From: a virus
Lineage: Duplodnaviria > Caudoviricetes
DNA: 38,932 nt
Reading direction: 5' to 3' (one strand)
Virus record (IMG/VR): IMGVR_UViG_3300020430_000035
Location: 1-38,932 of that record
This document shows, piece after piece, positions 24,952 to 34,300 of this stretch. Each line of letters begins with the position of its first letter. The first letter of the stretch is position 1. Both the position numbers and the translations under genes were made by a program. The notes beneath the pieces were generated by a model that saw only the letters and a list, made by a program, of their open reading frames with translations, was not told where the DNA came from and searched no databases.

Positions 24952-25624
24952 GTTTAGCGTTTAATTCTACTTGGGATATTCTACCGTTACTTATCTGTCT
25001 TAATACTTCTTCTATAACACTTGATTCTATCTCTGGACTTACAGGTAATAAATCTGAATCAGAAAGCTGTGATAAATCTGCAACTAAAAGTAATACTGTT
25101 ACTTGTGATACAGAACCGTTAGCTGATGTTGTAATATTTTTTGTAAAGTAAATTCTTTTTCCTTCTATATAATAACCTGTCTGTTGTTCTAAATATGACG
25201 TATTGATTCCTGCGCTTTGTGTGCCACTATTATATCCAACCCCCATGACAGACCAGTCTTGAGAAGATATTGGGATATAAGGCGAATGTGGGTTTCCTGT
25301 AGGTGTTATATTCCACACTCCCATATCCATCGGTAAACTTAATGGAATAGCAGTAAGGTCAATGTATGCTCTATTGTTATTTGCATCTGCTGTGACTGAT
25401 ACTGGACTAAATGTAACAATATTACATCTAGGAATGTCAACATATCCATCGGTAAATCTTTCAAAAGTTTGTGCTTTTAATAATTTATTTAACGCTTGCT
25501 CTATTAATAAATATATTTCTCTTGTATCAAATGACTCGTTTGTACCTTGCACATTATCTCTATCTTTAAAACGTGCATAATTTCTTTGTATTTGTTCTGC
25601 TATTTTTTTTTTAGTTGTTGCCAT
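24932..25624 (-). CDS. tail ring/adaptor protein (putative)
   Basis: YYIEG.RIYF, P.....I.E.VL pattern; position. Confidence 0.55.
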   Translation of the reverse strand: MATTKKKIAEQIQRNYARFKDRDNVQGTNESFDTREIYLLIEQALNKLLKAQTFERFTDGYVDIPRCNIVTFSPVSVTADANNNRAYIDLTAIPLSLPMDMGVWNITPTGNPHSPYIPISSQDWSVMGVGYNSGTQSAGINTSYLEQQTGYYIEGKRIYFTKNITTSANGSVSQVTVLLLVADLSQLSDSDLLPVSPEIESSVIEEVLRQISNGRISQVELNAKHENDNA

Positions 25625-26306
25625 CTCTTTGCTGATTAGTGTCTATAACTGATTCTAATTGAATTGTTTGGTTATCCTTAATAGGAAATCCTAAATATGT
25701 AAGTGCACGATTTGCTATGTCTGAAAAAGACCTCACGTCCCAATCTAAATTTGTGCTTCCTGAATTTGAGTAGGTAATGTTTCCGTTAGATGTTGTAAAA
25801 TTAAATACACCATCAGTAGGTTTCTTAAAATATAATAAAACAAAATTATATGAGCCTGTACTAGGTCTTGGAGCTATCTCTATTTGTCCATCATATATAG
25901 TAGCTATTGGTTTATATTCGTTTGTAGATGTATTTATAATAGGAGGAACGATGGTGGAATTCTTTCTATCAATAAAAGAATCCCACTTCATCAAATTTCC
26001 TTCATGTAAGTTATTACTTGAATCTTTGTAATAAAAAGTAATAGCCTCAATAAAATTAGCATCTATAGATGATAACGACTTAACACCATTATCATTATTA
26101 GAAACACTAAAATTACTTTGTTTTAAAAATAAATGGTCATAATCAAACTTTTCAGTTTTTTTATAATTTTCAACTAAGGAGTCAAATAAATCAAACTGAG
26201 CTCTATTTATTGCTCTGTCTATATCACTTGGAGAAACAAATCCACCATAGTTTTTCTTAATTGTTCCTCTAATAAAATCATGTAAATCCTTAATTGCTAT
26301 CGCCAT
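25611..26306 (-). CDS. tail ring/head-tail adaptor protein (putative)
   Basis: K...GFVSP..I....N.AQ.DLF, I.P, Y.KKP, I...AL.Y.G pattern. Confidence 0.65.
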   Translation of the reverse strand: MAIAIKDLHDFIRGTIKKNYGGFVSPSDIDRAINRAQFDLFDSLVENYKKTEKFDYDHLFLKQSNFSVSNNDNGVKSLSSIDANFIEAITFYYKDSSNNLHEGNLMKWDSFIDRKNSTIVPPIINTSTNEYKPIATIYDGQIEIAPRPSTGSYNFVLLYFKKPTDGVFNFTTSNGNITYSNSGSTNLDWDVRSFSDIANRALTYLGFPIKDNQTIQLESVIDTNQQRDGNN

Positions 26307-26690
26307 TTATTCTTCTATATACTCTTTAAATACATTCATAAAACTTGGAGGTAATTTTATGTCTCCAAATTCTTCTATACTTACTGGCTCAGATAAAACT
26401 CTAATTGAATCTTCCTGAGTTAAAAACGCAGTAATGTCTTTATTAAACTTTTCTACGTTCTTTTTAGGAATCTCCACTTGTCCGTCTTTCTCAACGCCAT
26501 GCTTTTTAAAAATCTCTTGCCTTTGTTTCTCAATAGTTTCAGAAACTTTAGCAACTTCATCTCTAAACCTAGCCATTTTGTAACCTAGTTTAGCACTGAT
26601 TCCCTGCCCTTCGGCAGCTTTTTCAAATGACATCAAGGCTATACCTAGAGCCTGTATGTCTAAGACTTTCATCTTTTTTTCTTTTAACAT
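26307..26690 (-). CDS. hypothetical phage protein (DUF1617-like)
   Basis: K..YK..R....V......IE.QR..I..K.G pattern. Confidence 0.55.
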   Translation of the reverse strand: MLKEKKMKVLDIQALGIALMSFEKAAEGQGISAKLGYKMARFRDEVAKVSETIEKQRQEIFKKHGVEKDGQVEIPKKNVEKFNKDITAFLTQEDSIRVLSEPVSIEEFGDIKLPPSFMNVFKEYIEE

Positions 26691-26711
26691 AATTTGATTG
26701 TTTAATTAATA

Positions 26712-26761
26712 ATGTAAAATTATTTCTTATTGTATTATAAATTATCTCTGAGGGGTTAAGA
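26712..26761 (-). promoter_or_regulatory. candidate late promoter, copy B
   Basis: TCTTAACCCCTCAGAGATAA-N19-TAATTTTACAT. Confidence 0.5.
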
Positions 26762-26765
26762 CCTA

Positions 26766-27236
26766 TTAATTGTTTTTACCTCTTGAACTACCACCTCCTG
26801 ACGTTACGGGATTACTTGCTATTGGTGCATCTCCTCCTCCTGTTGTTTGACTACCTACCACAATAGGTGGATTATTATTTACATTAGGGTTGGGAGTTAC
26901 ATAACCAAAAGTACCATTTACATTACCATGATATCTCCATCTGCTATCATGATATCTATAGTCATAGTGTCTATCGTAATGAGGTACATAATATCTACTA
27001 TCTTGCCATCTTACAAAATCATAACCAACTACATGGTACATTCTTTGTGGTTGTATGTCTTGAATTTTTATTTTTACTGTATCACCTGAGTTTGTTAGTG
27101 CTAGAACATGAGTTACTATTACTCTATTTGAATCATATAGGACACTAGCACAGCTTGAACACATACCTACTAATAATATTATTATTAAAATAGAAAGTGT
27201 TATAACTCTACCTTTGTCTCTTTGATTATCTGTCAT
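26766..27236 (-). CDS. putative lipoprotein
   Basis: Hydrophobic signal ending MCSSC; TAATG coupling at 27236. Confidence 0.6.
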   Translation of the reverse strand: MTDNQRDKGRVITLSILIIILLVGMCSSCASVLYDSNRVIVTHVLALTNSGDTVKIKIQDIQPQRMYHVVGYDFVRWQDSRYYVPHYDRHYDYRYHDSRWRYHGNVNGTFGYVTPNPNVNNNPPIVVGSQTTGGGDAPIASNPVTSGGGSSRGKNN

Positions 27237-27541
27237 TACCACTTAACTTTATTAGCCCAATATGCAGCACTCATTTTACCTCTAGCAATATTTTTTGCGT
27301 GACGAGCCTTGAAGGACTTTCTTTTCATTTTCATCCTTCTAGATTCTCCTTTCTTTGCCTTACCAGCAGTTCCAGATAAAGTTCCTACCTTTTTACCCTG
27401 TTGACCAAATCGTATAGTTTTAATTTTACTACCTTCTTTAGCTACTACTATATGAGATTTTGTAGGATGATTAGGAGTTCTCTTTGGTTTATTGTAACCT
27501 CTTACTCCTGCTCTTTTAAGTCTAGGGTCTTTCTTTTTCAT
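27236..27541 (-). CDS. highly basic phage protein (DUF5824-like)
   Basis: K.IRFGQQG, RKSFKARH, SAAYWA.KVKW. Confidence 0.75.
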   Translation of the reverse strand: MKKKDPRLKRAGVRGYNKPKRTPNHPTKSHIVVAKEGSKIKTIRFGQQGKKVGTLSGTAGKAKKGESRRMKMKRKSFKARHAKNIARGKMSAAYWANKVKW

Positions 27542-27726
27542 AAACTATCCTTTTTAATTATAAGGCTATCTTGCATAATTTCTTGAGGTTCGGGATTGCT
27601 GAATTCACCTGATTTGTATTTACCATATAAGCCACCACATATACCTAATACAGCTATAAACATAATAAACCAATGTACATTTTCTTCAAAATCTAACTCA
27701 TCAAAAAACTTTCCAATCTTATTCAT
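27538..27726 (-). CDS. single-TM membrane protein
   Basis: One hydrophobic segment. Confidence 0.6.
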   Translation of the reverse strand: MNKIGKFFDELDFEENVHWFIMFIAVLGICGGLYGKYKSGEFSNPEPQEIMQDSLIIKKDSL

Positions 27727-27811
27727 CTTTAAAATATTTATTCATCAATGTTATAAAAAAAATAAAAATACAAGCAACAGTAAATAATACCCACATCGCT
27801 TCTTCTTTCAT
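27719..27811 (-). CDS. 30-aa single-TM microprotein MKEEAMWVLFTVACIFIFFITLMNKYFKDE
   Basis: Hand translation; ATGA coupling; fills the gap. Confidence 0.55.
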   Translation of the reverse strand: MKEEAMWVLFTVACIFIFFITLMNKYFKDE

Positions 27812-28206
27812 GCTCTTCTTACTTTTCTTGCTACGCTTTTACTATACTTAGCTCTTTGTTTACCTGCTTTACTAGCAGCTCTTTTTCTTCTGTTTGTTGC
27901 TGCTTTTTGAGAAGGGGTCAAACTTTTTCTTACACTAGCTGGTAAGTATCTACCTCTTTTTGCTCTTGGTTTTTTCTTATCTCCTTTAGATACATAATCC
28001 CATTTTTGTTTTGACCACTTTGTTAATCTGTTTTTTGAAGACTTTGCTCCTCTATATCCTCCTCCTGCTTTTTTATATCTTGCAGTTGCTAACTGAGCTT
28101 TCCTTGCTGACCACTGTCCCGCTCTTCCTCCTTTTGTGCCTCTTTTAACACTAGCTACTATTCTTTTCCAAAGAGCTGGTTTCGTTTTGGTTGCTGACTT
28201 ACTCAT
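27808..28206 (-). CDS. highly basic phage protein (DUF5872-like)
   Basis: KGG.AGQWSARKAQL....YKKAGGGY, L.KW..QKW, RYLP. Confidence 0.8.
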   Translation of the reverse strand: MSKSATKTKPALWKRIVASVKRGTKGGRAGQWSARKAQLATARYKKAGGGYRGAKSSKNRLTKWSKQKWDYVSKGDKKKPRAKRGRYLPASVRKSLTPSQKAATNRRKRAASKAGKQRAKYSKSVARKVRRA

Positions 28207-28516
28207 TTTTCCAAATTATATAATTACTATTTTGCCAAAACTCATTTGTGTTTTTTACATCTACAATAACTGATTGTTTATCAACAATAAATCCTGCATC
28301 TTCTATTGAGTTTTCAATAGCAAAAAAATCTACGTAATGGTCTTTTTTAAACTCTATATTAAAGGTTACATCTTCTATATCTACATTTACTTTATCTACA
28401 AAGTATACTTCCTCTATATTTTTTTGAGCATTTAATGAACATATACTACAAGCCAATCCCGTAACTTTAAGAGTTACGTTGTTAAGAGATAAAAAAAATG
28501 CTAGTATATACATCAT
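28199..28516 (-). CDS. heavy-metal-associated (HMA, CopZ/MerP-like) domain protein
   Basis: L.V.GLACSIC...V.VD....IEDAGF. Confidence 0.8.
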   Translation of the reverse strand: MMYILAFFLSLNNVTLKVTGLACSICSLNAQKNIEEVYFVDKVNVDIEDVTFNIEFKKDHYVDFFAIENSIEDAGFIVDKQSVIVDVKNTNEFWQNSNYIIWKNE

Positions 28517-28818
28517 CTTTTATAAACTTTGTCTTCTAATTCTTTTATTGATTCTTTATTGTCAAGAATATCTTCTTTGAGTACTTCAGTTGATTTTTCT
28601 ATTTGTATAATAGTAGACCTTACAAGTTCATCTTTTAGTTGAAACTCCATTTTTTGTACAAACTCCTCACTACTAAAGTTGTCTATTTTATTATTAAGTT
28701 CTTGTATTTCTCCTTGCAAAGTAAACCACATACTAGCTAGTGATATTACACCACCAACTAATAAACCGATTGTTTTAAGGTCTAATTTAACTTCTGTGTC
28801 TTCGCTAATTTTTGTCAT
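28513..28818 (-). CDS. TM plus coiled-coil protein (paralogue of 29147-29449)
   Basis: One TM; ends LEDKVYKR. Confidence 0.7.
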   Translation of the reverse strand: MTKISEDTEVKLDLKTIGLLVGGVISLASMWFTLQGEIQELNNKIDNFSSEEFVQKMEFQLKDELVRSTIIQIEKSTEVLKEDILDNKESIKELEDKVYKR

Positions 28819-29150
28819 TATTGTCTAAGTTGGTTTATATATTCTTGAATATTATCTTTTGTTACGGGTAATTTAAAATCTAATCCTGCTTGATAAGTTT
28901 TTACTCTTTTACCATCTAACCAAATTAATATTACAGGAACAGATTTAATTTGACTTTTTAGATTATCTCCTTGTTCTTCTAACCAAGCGTACTCGTATTT
29001 ACAACCCTTTAAATTGTCTAAGTATAATGTATTTTGTTGATTCCACTTTGCGTTAATTTGAACAACTCTTATTTGTTGACTAGTGCTTGCACGTTGGCTA
29101 TATCCTGTATACCCAAACAATAAAAATATAATTAAAATTAATTTTTTCAT
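28818..29150 (-). CDS. secreted thioredoxin-like fold protein lacking CxxC
   Basis: Signal peptide; VVQINAKWN replaces the WCxxC position; I.SVP.I....DG. Confidence 0.65.
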   Translation of the reverse strand: MKKLILIIFLLFGYTGYSQRASTSQQIRVVQINAKWNQQNTLYLDNLKGCKYEYAWLEEQGDNLKSQIKSVPVILIWLDGKRVKTYQAGLDFKLPVTKDNIQEYINQLRQ

Positions 29151-29449
29151 CTTTTGTATACTTTATTTTCTAGGTCGTTTACCTTGTCTTCTAACTTTTC
29201 TATTTCTTTTTCAAGATATTCAACTTTTTGTTTTAACAGCAAGCCATCTGAAGTTTCTTTTACTTCATAAGCAGGAAGTTCTTTAGCTAATTCTATCTCT
29301 TGTTTTAGGTTATTATAACCCATAGTACCAGATATAATAAATCCTATAACGATAGCAATGCTTTTCACATCAACTTTAAAATCTGGCTTTTTGTCGCCAT
29401 CTATATCAATACCTATTGTTTTGTCTCCTAATTCTTCTATTTGCTTCAT
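29147..29449 (-). CDS. TM plus coiled-coil protein with a DxDGD loop
   Basis: DIDGDKKPD, one TM, ends LENKVYKR. Confidence 0.7.
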   Translation of the reverse strand: MKQIEELGDKTIGIDIDGDKKPDFKVDVKSIAIVIGFIISGTMGYNNLKQEIELAKELPAYEVKETSDGLLLKQKVEYLEKEIEKLEDKVNDLENKVYKR

Positions 29450-29727
29450 CTAAATATATCGTATATGTATTTACCTATTAAACCAAAGACACCTAAACCA
29501 ATCCCCGTTCTCCACTTAGTAGTGTCTCTTCTAAATTCTGTGTTTGCTTGAACCTCAGACCATAACCCTTCCTTTGGGTCAAACAAATTCTTTTTAATAA
29601 AACGTAAGTCGTCTTTTACCTCTTTATGGGCAACATCGTTACTTTGCTTTATAGCTTTTATTTCTACAAATATTTGTTCAACCTGATACTCAATTAACTT
29701 AAAGTTATCTTTCTCAGTTTTGTTCAT
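29446..29727 (-). CDS. coiled-coil protein with a C-terminal membrane segment
   Basis: Heptad pattern; GIGLGVFGLIG tail. Confidence 0.65.
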   Translation of the reverse strand: MNKTEKDNFKLIEYQVEQIFVEIKAIKQSNDVAHKEVKDDLRFIKKNLFDPKEGLWSEVQANTEFRRDTTKWRTGIGLGVFGLIGKYIYDIFR

Positions 29728-29730
29728 TTA

Positions 29731-30102
29731 CTAAACGTCTTTGTACTCTTTCCAAGTATCGTCTGCTTTCATTGCAGTATATGCTTGTACAACTGGATTT
29801 TTAGCACTTGCTTTTGTATCCATTTCAAACGAACCACCTACTGAACAAATCCATTCATTTGGTTTGCTGTCTCTAGATGCTTTGTCTTTATATACATTTG
29901 CATTCCAGTTACCATAAGTGTTTTGTACCCACTTAGTTTCCATAACAGCTTCACTTTTTAAAGTTCCGTCTTCGTTATATTTAGCAGGTGTTTTTTCACT
30001 TGTAACTTGATTGCTACTGCAAGACCAGTTTACACTATTGATTTTAACATATGCTTTTGCAATGTCAAGACCTTTCCAAGAGTATGCTCCTTCTAATGCC
30101 AT
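29731..30102 (-). CDS. tail-fibre-associated protein (putative)
   Basis: MAL...GL....AY.KI...QAY..K......DV pattern; position. Confidence 0.6.
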   Translation of the reverse strand: MALEGAYSWKGLDIAKAYVKINSVNWSCSSNQVTSEKTPAKYNEDGTLKSEAVMETKWVQNTYGNWNANVYKDKASRDSKPNEWICSVGGSFEMDTKASAKNPVVQAYTAMKADDTWKEYKDV

Positions 30103-30182
30103 AATTATTAAATTTAAATTCTAAAACAAAAATAAGTTATAGAGTCTGGTTTTGTTTGTTTCTTGGGTATGTTACTCCTATC

Positions 30183-30767
30183 CTATGGAGCAGCGTTACC
30201 ACGACCACCGCCGCCTCCTCCGCCACCGCCTCCTCCAGACGCAGCAGCTTGGCTAACAGCAGTAGACCTTGTGGTTGTAGTGTTTGCATCACCCAATCCC
30301 CCACCAGTTGTTCCTACATCAAATGTAACCACTATGTTACCACTTCTAGCACTACCACTATTAGCGGCAACACTAAATGTGACAGTTCCATCTCCTGTAT
30401 CTTTTAAACTACTTCCTTCATTACCAGATGTAATTGTAACCCAACTGGGTTTTGAAGATACATAAAATGTAGAATATTCTGCGTGTGTAACCGTTATTGT
30501 TCCTGCGCTACTATGAGAACCACTTGAAAACTGACTAAATGATGCAGGTGTAGTTCCTAAACTAACGCTATGCTCGTAAGAAAAAAACTCTTTTAATTGA
30601 TGAGGGGCTGATGTATCGGGTTTGTTGTCATTAAGGTTAGTAACATTTATTGTACCATTAGTACCATCGTTTAATTCTTTTAAAGATGTATTTGCAGTAG
30701 TACCAGTTCTACCTAGTTCTACATTAATGCCATTCATAGAAATTTGTCCTGATACAGGTAGTGTCAT
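30183..30767 (-). CDS. tail-tip/adhesin protein with a BACON-like domain and poly-Gly tail
   Basis: LP.SG.ISM..IN.ELG N-terminus; PSWVT...GTVTFSVAAN....RSG.I.V; G11-RG C-terminus. Confidence 0.7.
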   Translation of the reverse strand: MTLPVSGQISMNGINVELGRTGTTANTSLKELNDGTNGTINVTNLNDNKPDTSAPHQLKEFFSYEHSVSLGTTPASFSQFSSGSHSSAGTITVTHAEYSTFYVSSKPSWVTITSGNEGSSLKDTGDGTVTFSVAANSGSARSGNIVVTFDVGTTGGGLGDANTTTTRSTAVSQAAASGGGGGGGGGGGRGNAAP

Positions 30768-31342
30768 CCTTTATAATTTACAAGTGGAACTTTATATATA
30801 TCTTTTGTGTAGTATTTGTTATCTGGGGGATTGATAGAAACCTCATGATGTTCTACTTCATCAAAACCTAAATCTGAATCATTATTCCAATAAGTTACTT
30901 TACACTTAGATTTTGCATGTCTTTCTACTAAAGGTCTTAAAGCGTGTCTATACTCATCTCCATAAGTGTCTTGTAATATGCAATCGTATTTACCATACTC
31001 ATCTAATACTTCTATCCACAAACCTTCTATTATGGTTACATTAGGTTTGTCTTCTGCCCATTCTTTTAGTCTAGGTATAATATCTTTATGGCACTCTACT
31101 ATAGTATGTGATTTAGGTTTTTTCAACTGTATTGCATCAGATAATATACCCATGCCAAATCCTATCTCTAATACATCGTCTCCTTCACTTACGCACAACT
31201 CTGCCATCTTATCCATTATAGGTTGTTCCCAATCCATCATTACTTGATAGGTTTCATCGTTTTCGGGATTGACCCAATAAATACCATTATCATCAAATGT
31301 TAAATCTGCTGCTCTATAGTTTTCCGCAAATGTTGGCATCAC
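30764..31342 (-). CDS. class I SAM methyltransferase, GAMT/RMT2-like
   Basis: VMM.WE.PIM, VLEIGFGMGI, HTIVECH, G.W, YD.I..DTY. Confidence 0.85.
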   Translation of the reverse strand: MMPTFAENYRAADLTFDDNGIYWVNPENDETYQVMMDWEQPIMDKMAELCVSEGDDVLEIGFGMGILSDAIQLKKPKSHTIVECHKDIIPRLKEWAEDKPNVTIIEGLWIEVLDEYGKYDCILQDTYGDEYRHALRPLVERHAKSKCKVTYWNNDSDLGFDEVEHHEVSINPPDNKYYTKDIYKVPLVNYKG

Positions 31343-34300
31343 TTATTTAGTTTTTTTTTGAGTTCTTTTACTTCTCCTTTAAGTTCTTTTACAGCTTCTA
31401 TCAACACCGCAGTTAATTTTTCATAATCAACTGTCTTATATGTTCCTCCTTCTATTAGAGCCATTTTCTTTTCTCTTACTATTTCTGGTATAACTTCTTC
31501 TACTTCTTGTGCTATAACCCCTATATCTTTTTGTCCTTTTCTTGATGTAGCGTTCCACGTATATTCAACCCCCCTAAGTTTGCTTACTTTATCTAAAGAG
31601 TTTTCTAATGTTAATACGTTATCTTTTAATGCTTTGTCTGATACTGTAGTAGAGTATGCTATAACATCACCATCAACATGAAGGTCACCATCTGACTCTA
31701 AACGCATACGTTCTGAACCTCCTGCTTGTACAATTGCATTACCAGATGAACTACCAAAAACAACTGTGCCACTACTGTCTATAATTTCAATTTGCGAATC
31801 TGCAGATGATGATGTAAACCTTGCAGAAATTTGAGTTGAATTAACTGATAAAGGTCTTGCAGGCGATGTCGTTCCAATTCCTACGTTTTCTTCAGAAGTA
31901 TCAATATATAATATGGAAGCATTATTATTACTGCCTAACTGTACATCTCTTGTTCCATCGCTCATTAATGACAGTTTACCACCATCATTAATTAATTTAC
32001 CTACAAAAGTTGCTGATGTACCTACTCGCCAACCACCAGTTGTATAAGCATCTGAATTAACGTATAATTTATCATTAAAAGAAGTTGAAGTTGCATTTAC
32101 TAATAATCTACCTGACGAATCCAGTCGCATACGTTCTGTGTTGTTTGCGGCAAAAAGAATATTACTGTTTTCTCTTTGCCAAAGTACAGCTTCATTAGTT
32201 GTATTGACACCAACATCAAATCCATCTCCACTTGTAGCTCCTGTTTGTGCATTACTAAATTTAGCATACGATACTGAAGAAGCTGTACTATTATGAACGT
32301 GAAGTTTTTGAGCAGGCGAAGTTGTTGAAATTCCGACTTTTCCATCTCCTTTAATAAACATTCTTATATTTCCATTTGATGAAAATGCTAACTCACCACC
32401 ATCATTCTCTGAATCAGCAGAATTAATTTCAGCACAACCTGAATGTTGTCCACCTGATACATCACTTCTAGTTCTTATTTCTAACCCTCTTGAACTTGTA
32501 CCAGTAAAAATAGCGTGTGTTAGAGTACCACCACCAGTACCACCTCTTACGTCAAGTTTTTGTGTTGGCGAGGCGTGTCCGATTGCTACATTACCATCAT
32601 TCCTAATTAAAAATCTTGAATTAGAATCAGTCCATACTGAAAAAGGTGCAGCATCAGTTCTACTAGAATTATTAGTTTTTATTTTAACATTATTACCATC
32701 ACCAGAATTAAAGAACTCAACCATTGCACCCATGCTAGAACTTATACCAGCAAATCCTGCTATTGCATCAACTTGCAAATATCTTGCTTCTGAAGTACCT
32801 GATATTTCTAATTTTGCATTAGGCGATGTCGTACCAATTCCTACTTTTGCATTATCAAAAACAATATCACAATGGCTTAATCCACTATTAATAGGTAACT
32901 CTCCACTAGCAGTTCCTTCACCAAAACCATATTTTCTATTTTCTGCATCGTAAACCCAATCAACAAAAACAGCATCTGAGGCAGACGTATCAACTCCTTG
33001 TATTCTTATACCAGTCCTACCTGTATTTGAAGACTTAAATCTTGCTATTAATTGGTCGGCAGTATTTACCATAAGTTTTGCATCAGGCGATGCAGTTCCA
33101 ATTCCAACTTTTCCGTCTGATAAGATACGCATACGTTCTGTTCCACCAGTAATGAATTGTATTCTATCTGATTCAGGTAAATTTATTCCTGTATTGGTAT
33201 CGCCTTCACAATTAAATGTAGGTTGTCCTGCAGAACCTGCACCTGCTGATATTCTTCCATCTGTTTCTATTTTGTTACCACTTGTTCCTGATGTTTTTCC
33301 AACTAAAACATTACCTGTGCTATCTAGTCGCATACGTTCTGATGATGATGTTGTTCCTGTTTTAAAAAGTAAATTACCTACATTAGTATTTTCAATTTCT
33401 GAAGTACCAACTACAGTAGCACCAGCTTTTGATTGTAGTATTAATCCTGATGAAGTATTACCAGTTGCAAGAACTCTAATTTTATTTTCTGCACTTTGTT
33501 CAATGTCTAATTTATAACTCGGATTTGTCGTTCCAATTCCTACATTGCCAGAACTGTCTATTCTTATTGAATTTGATGACGCACCTGATTCAACAACAAA
33601 AAATTCATTACCACCTTCTTCTTGAATTACAAATTTATTAGCATTATCTACTCTACTTGTGTATTCTTTTGTGCCTCTTTTTAATTGTAGTTTTGGTGAT
33701 GTGCTGTTTGTAATTTGTACAGTTCCATCGCTCTCAATACGCATACGTTCATTATTACTACCACTACTATTAGTGTGAAAAATTAAATCCTGTCCTGTCG
33801 CTGTACCTAAATGAGAACTTGTAGATGAAGAATATAAAAAGAAATCAAAATCTGTTCTACCTAGCAATATTTGACCACCTGCTGTATCACGTATATCTAA
33901 AGTATTATAATTACTATTATTAGTTGGGCTGTTTGTACCTAATGCAAAATTACCATTATTATCTAGTGTTGCTTTTTGTCCACCATCAATATAAAATTTT
34001 ATTGTAGAACTACCTTGCTCATTATTTTCATCAGCAGATATATTGATACCACCAGTATCATCAGAATAAATAAGAGCATCAGTATTATTAGTAGTGTCTA
34101 AAAGTGTTATTTGTGGTGAAGAATTTTGTATTGTAACATCACCTGCAAAAGTTGCAGAGCCATCATTTTCAAATAAAACCTTTTGAGTACCTTCAAAGAA
34201 AAATCCTAAATCTGAATCATCTGCGGCTCTTCTTATACCAGCTATATGTATATCTGCATCTTTATTTCTAAGATGCAACATAGCCATAGTACCCGCCGTG

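Noticed and set aside
30156-30465. + strand ORFs with poly-Pro or Ser/Thr runs
   Set aside because: Antisense shadows of the poly-Gly tail of 30183-30767
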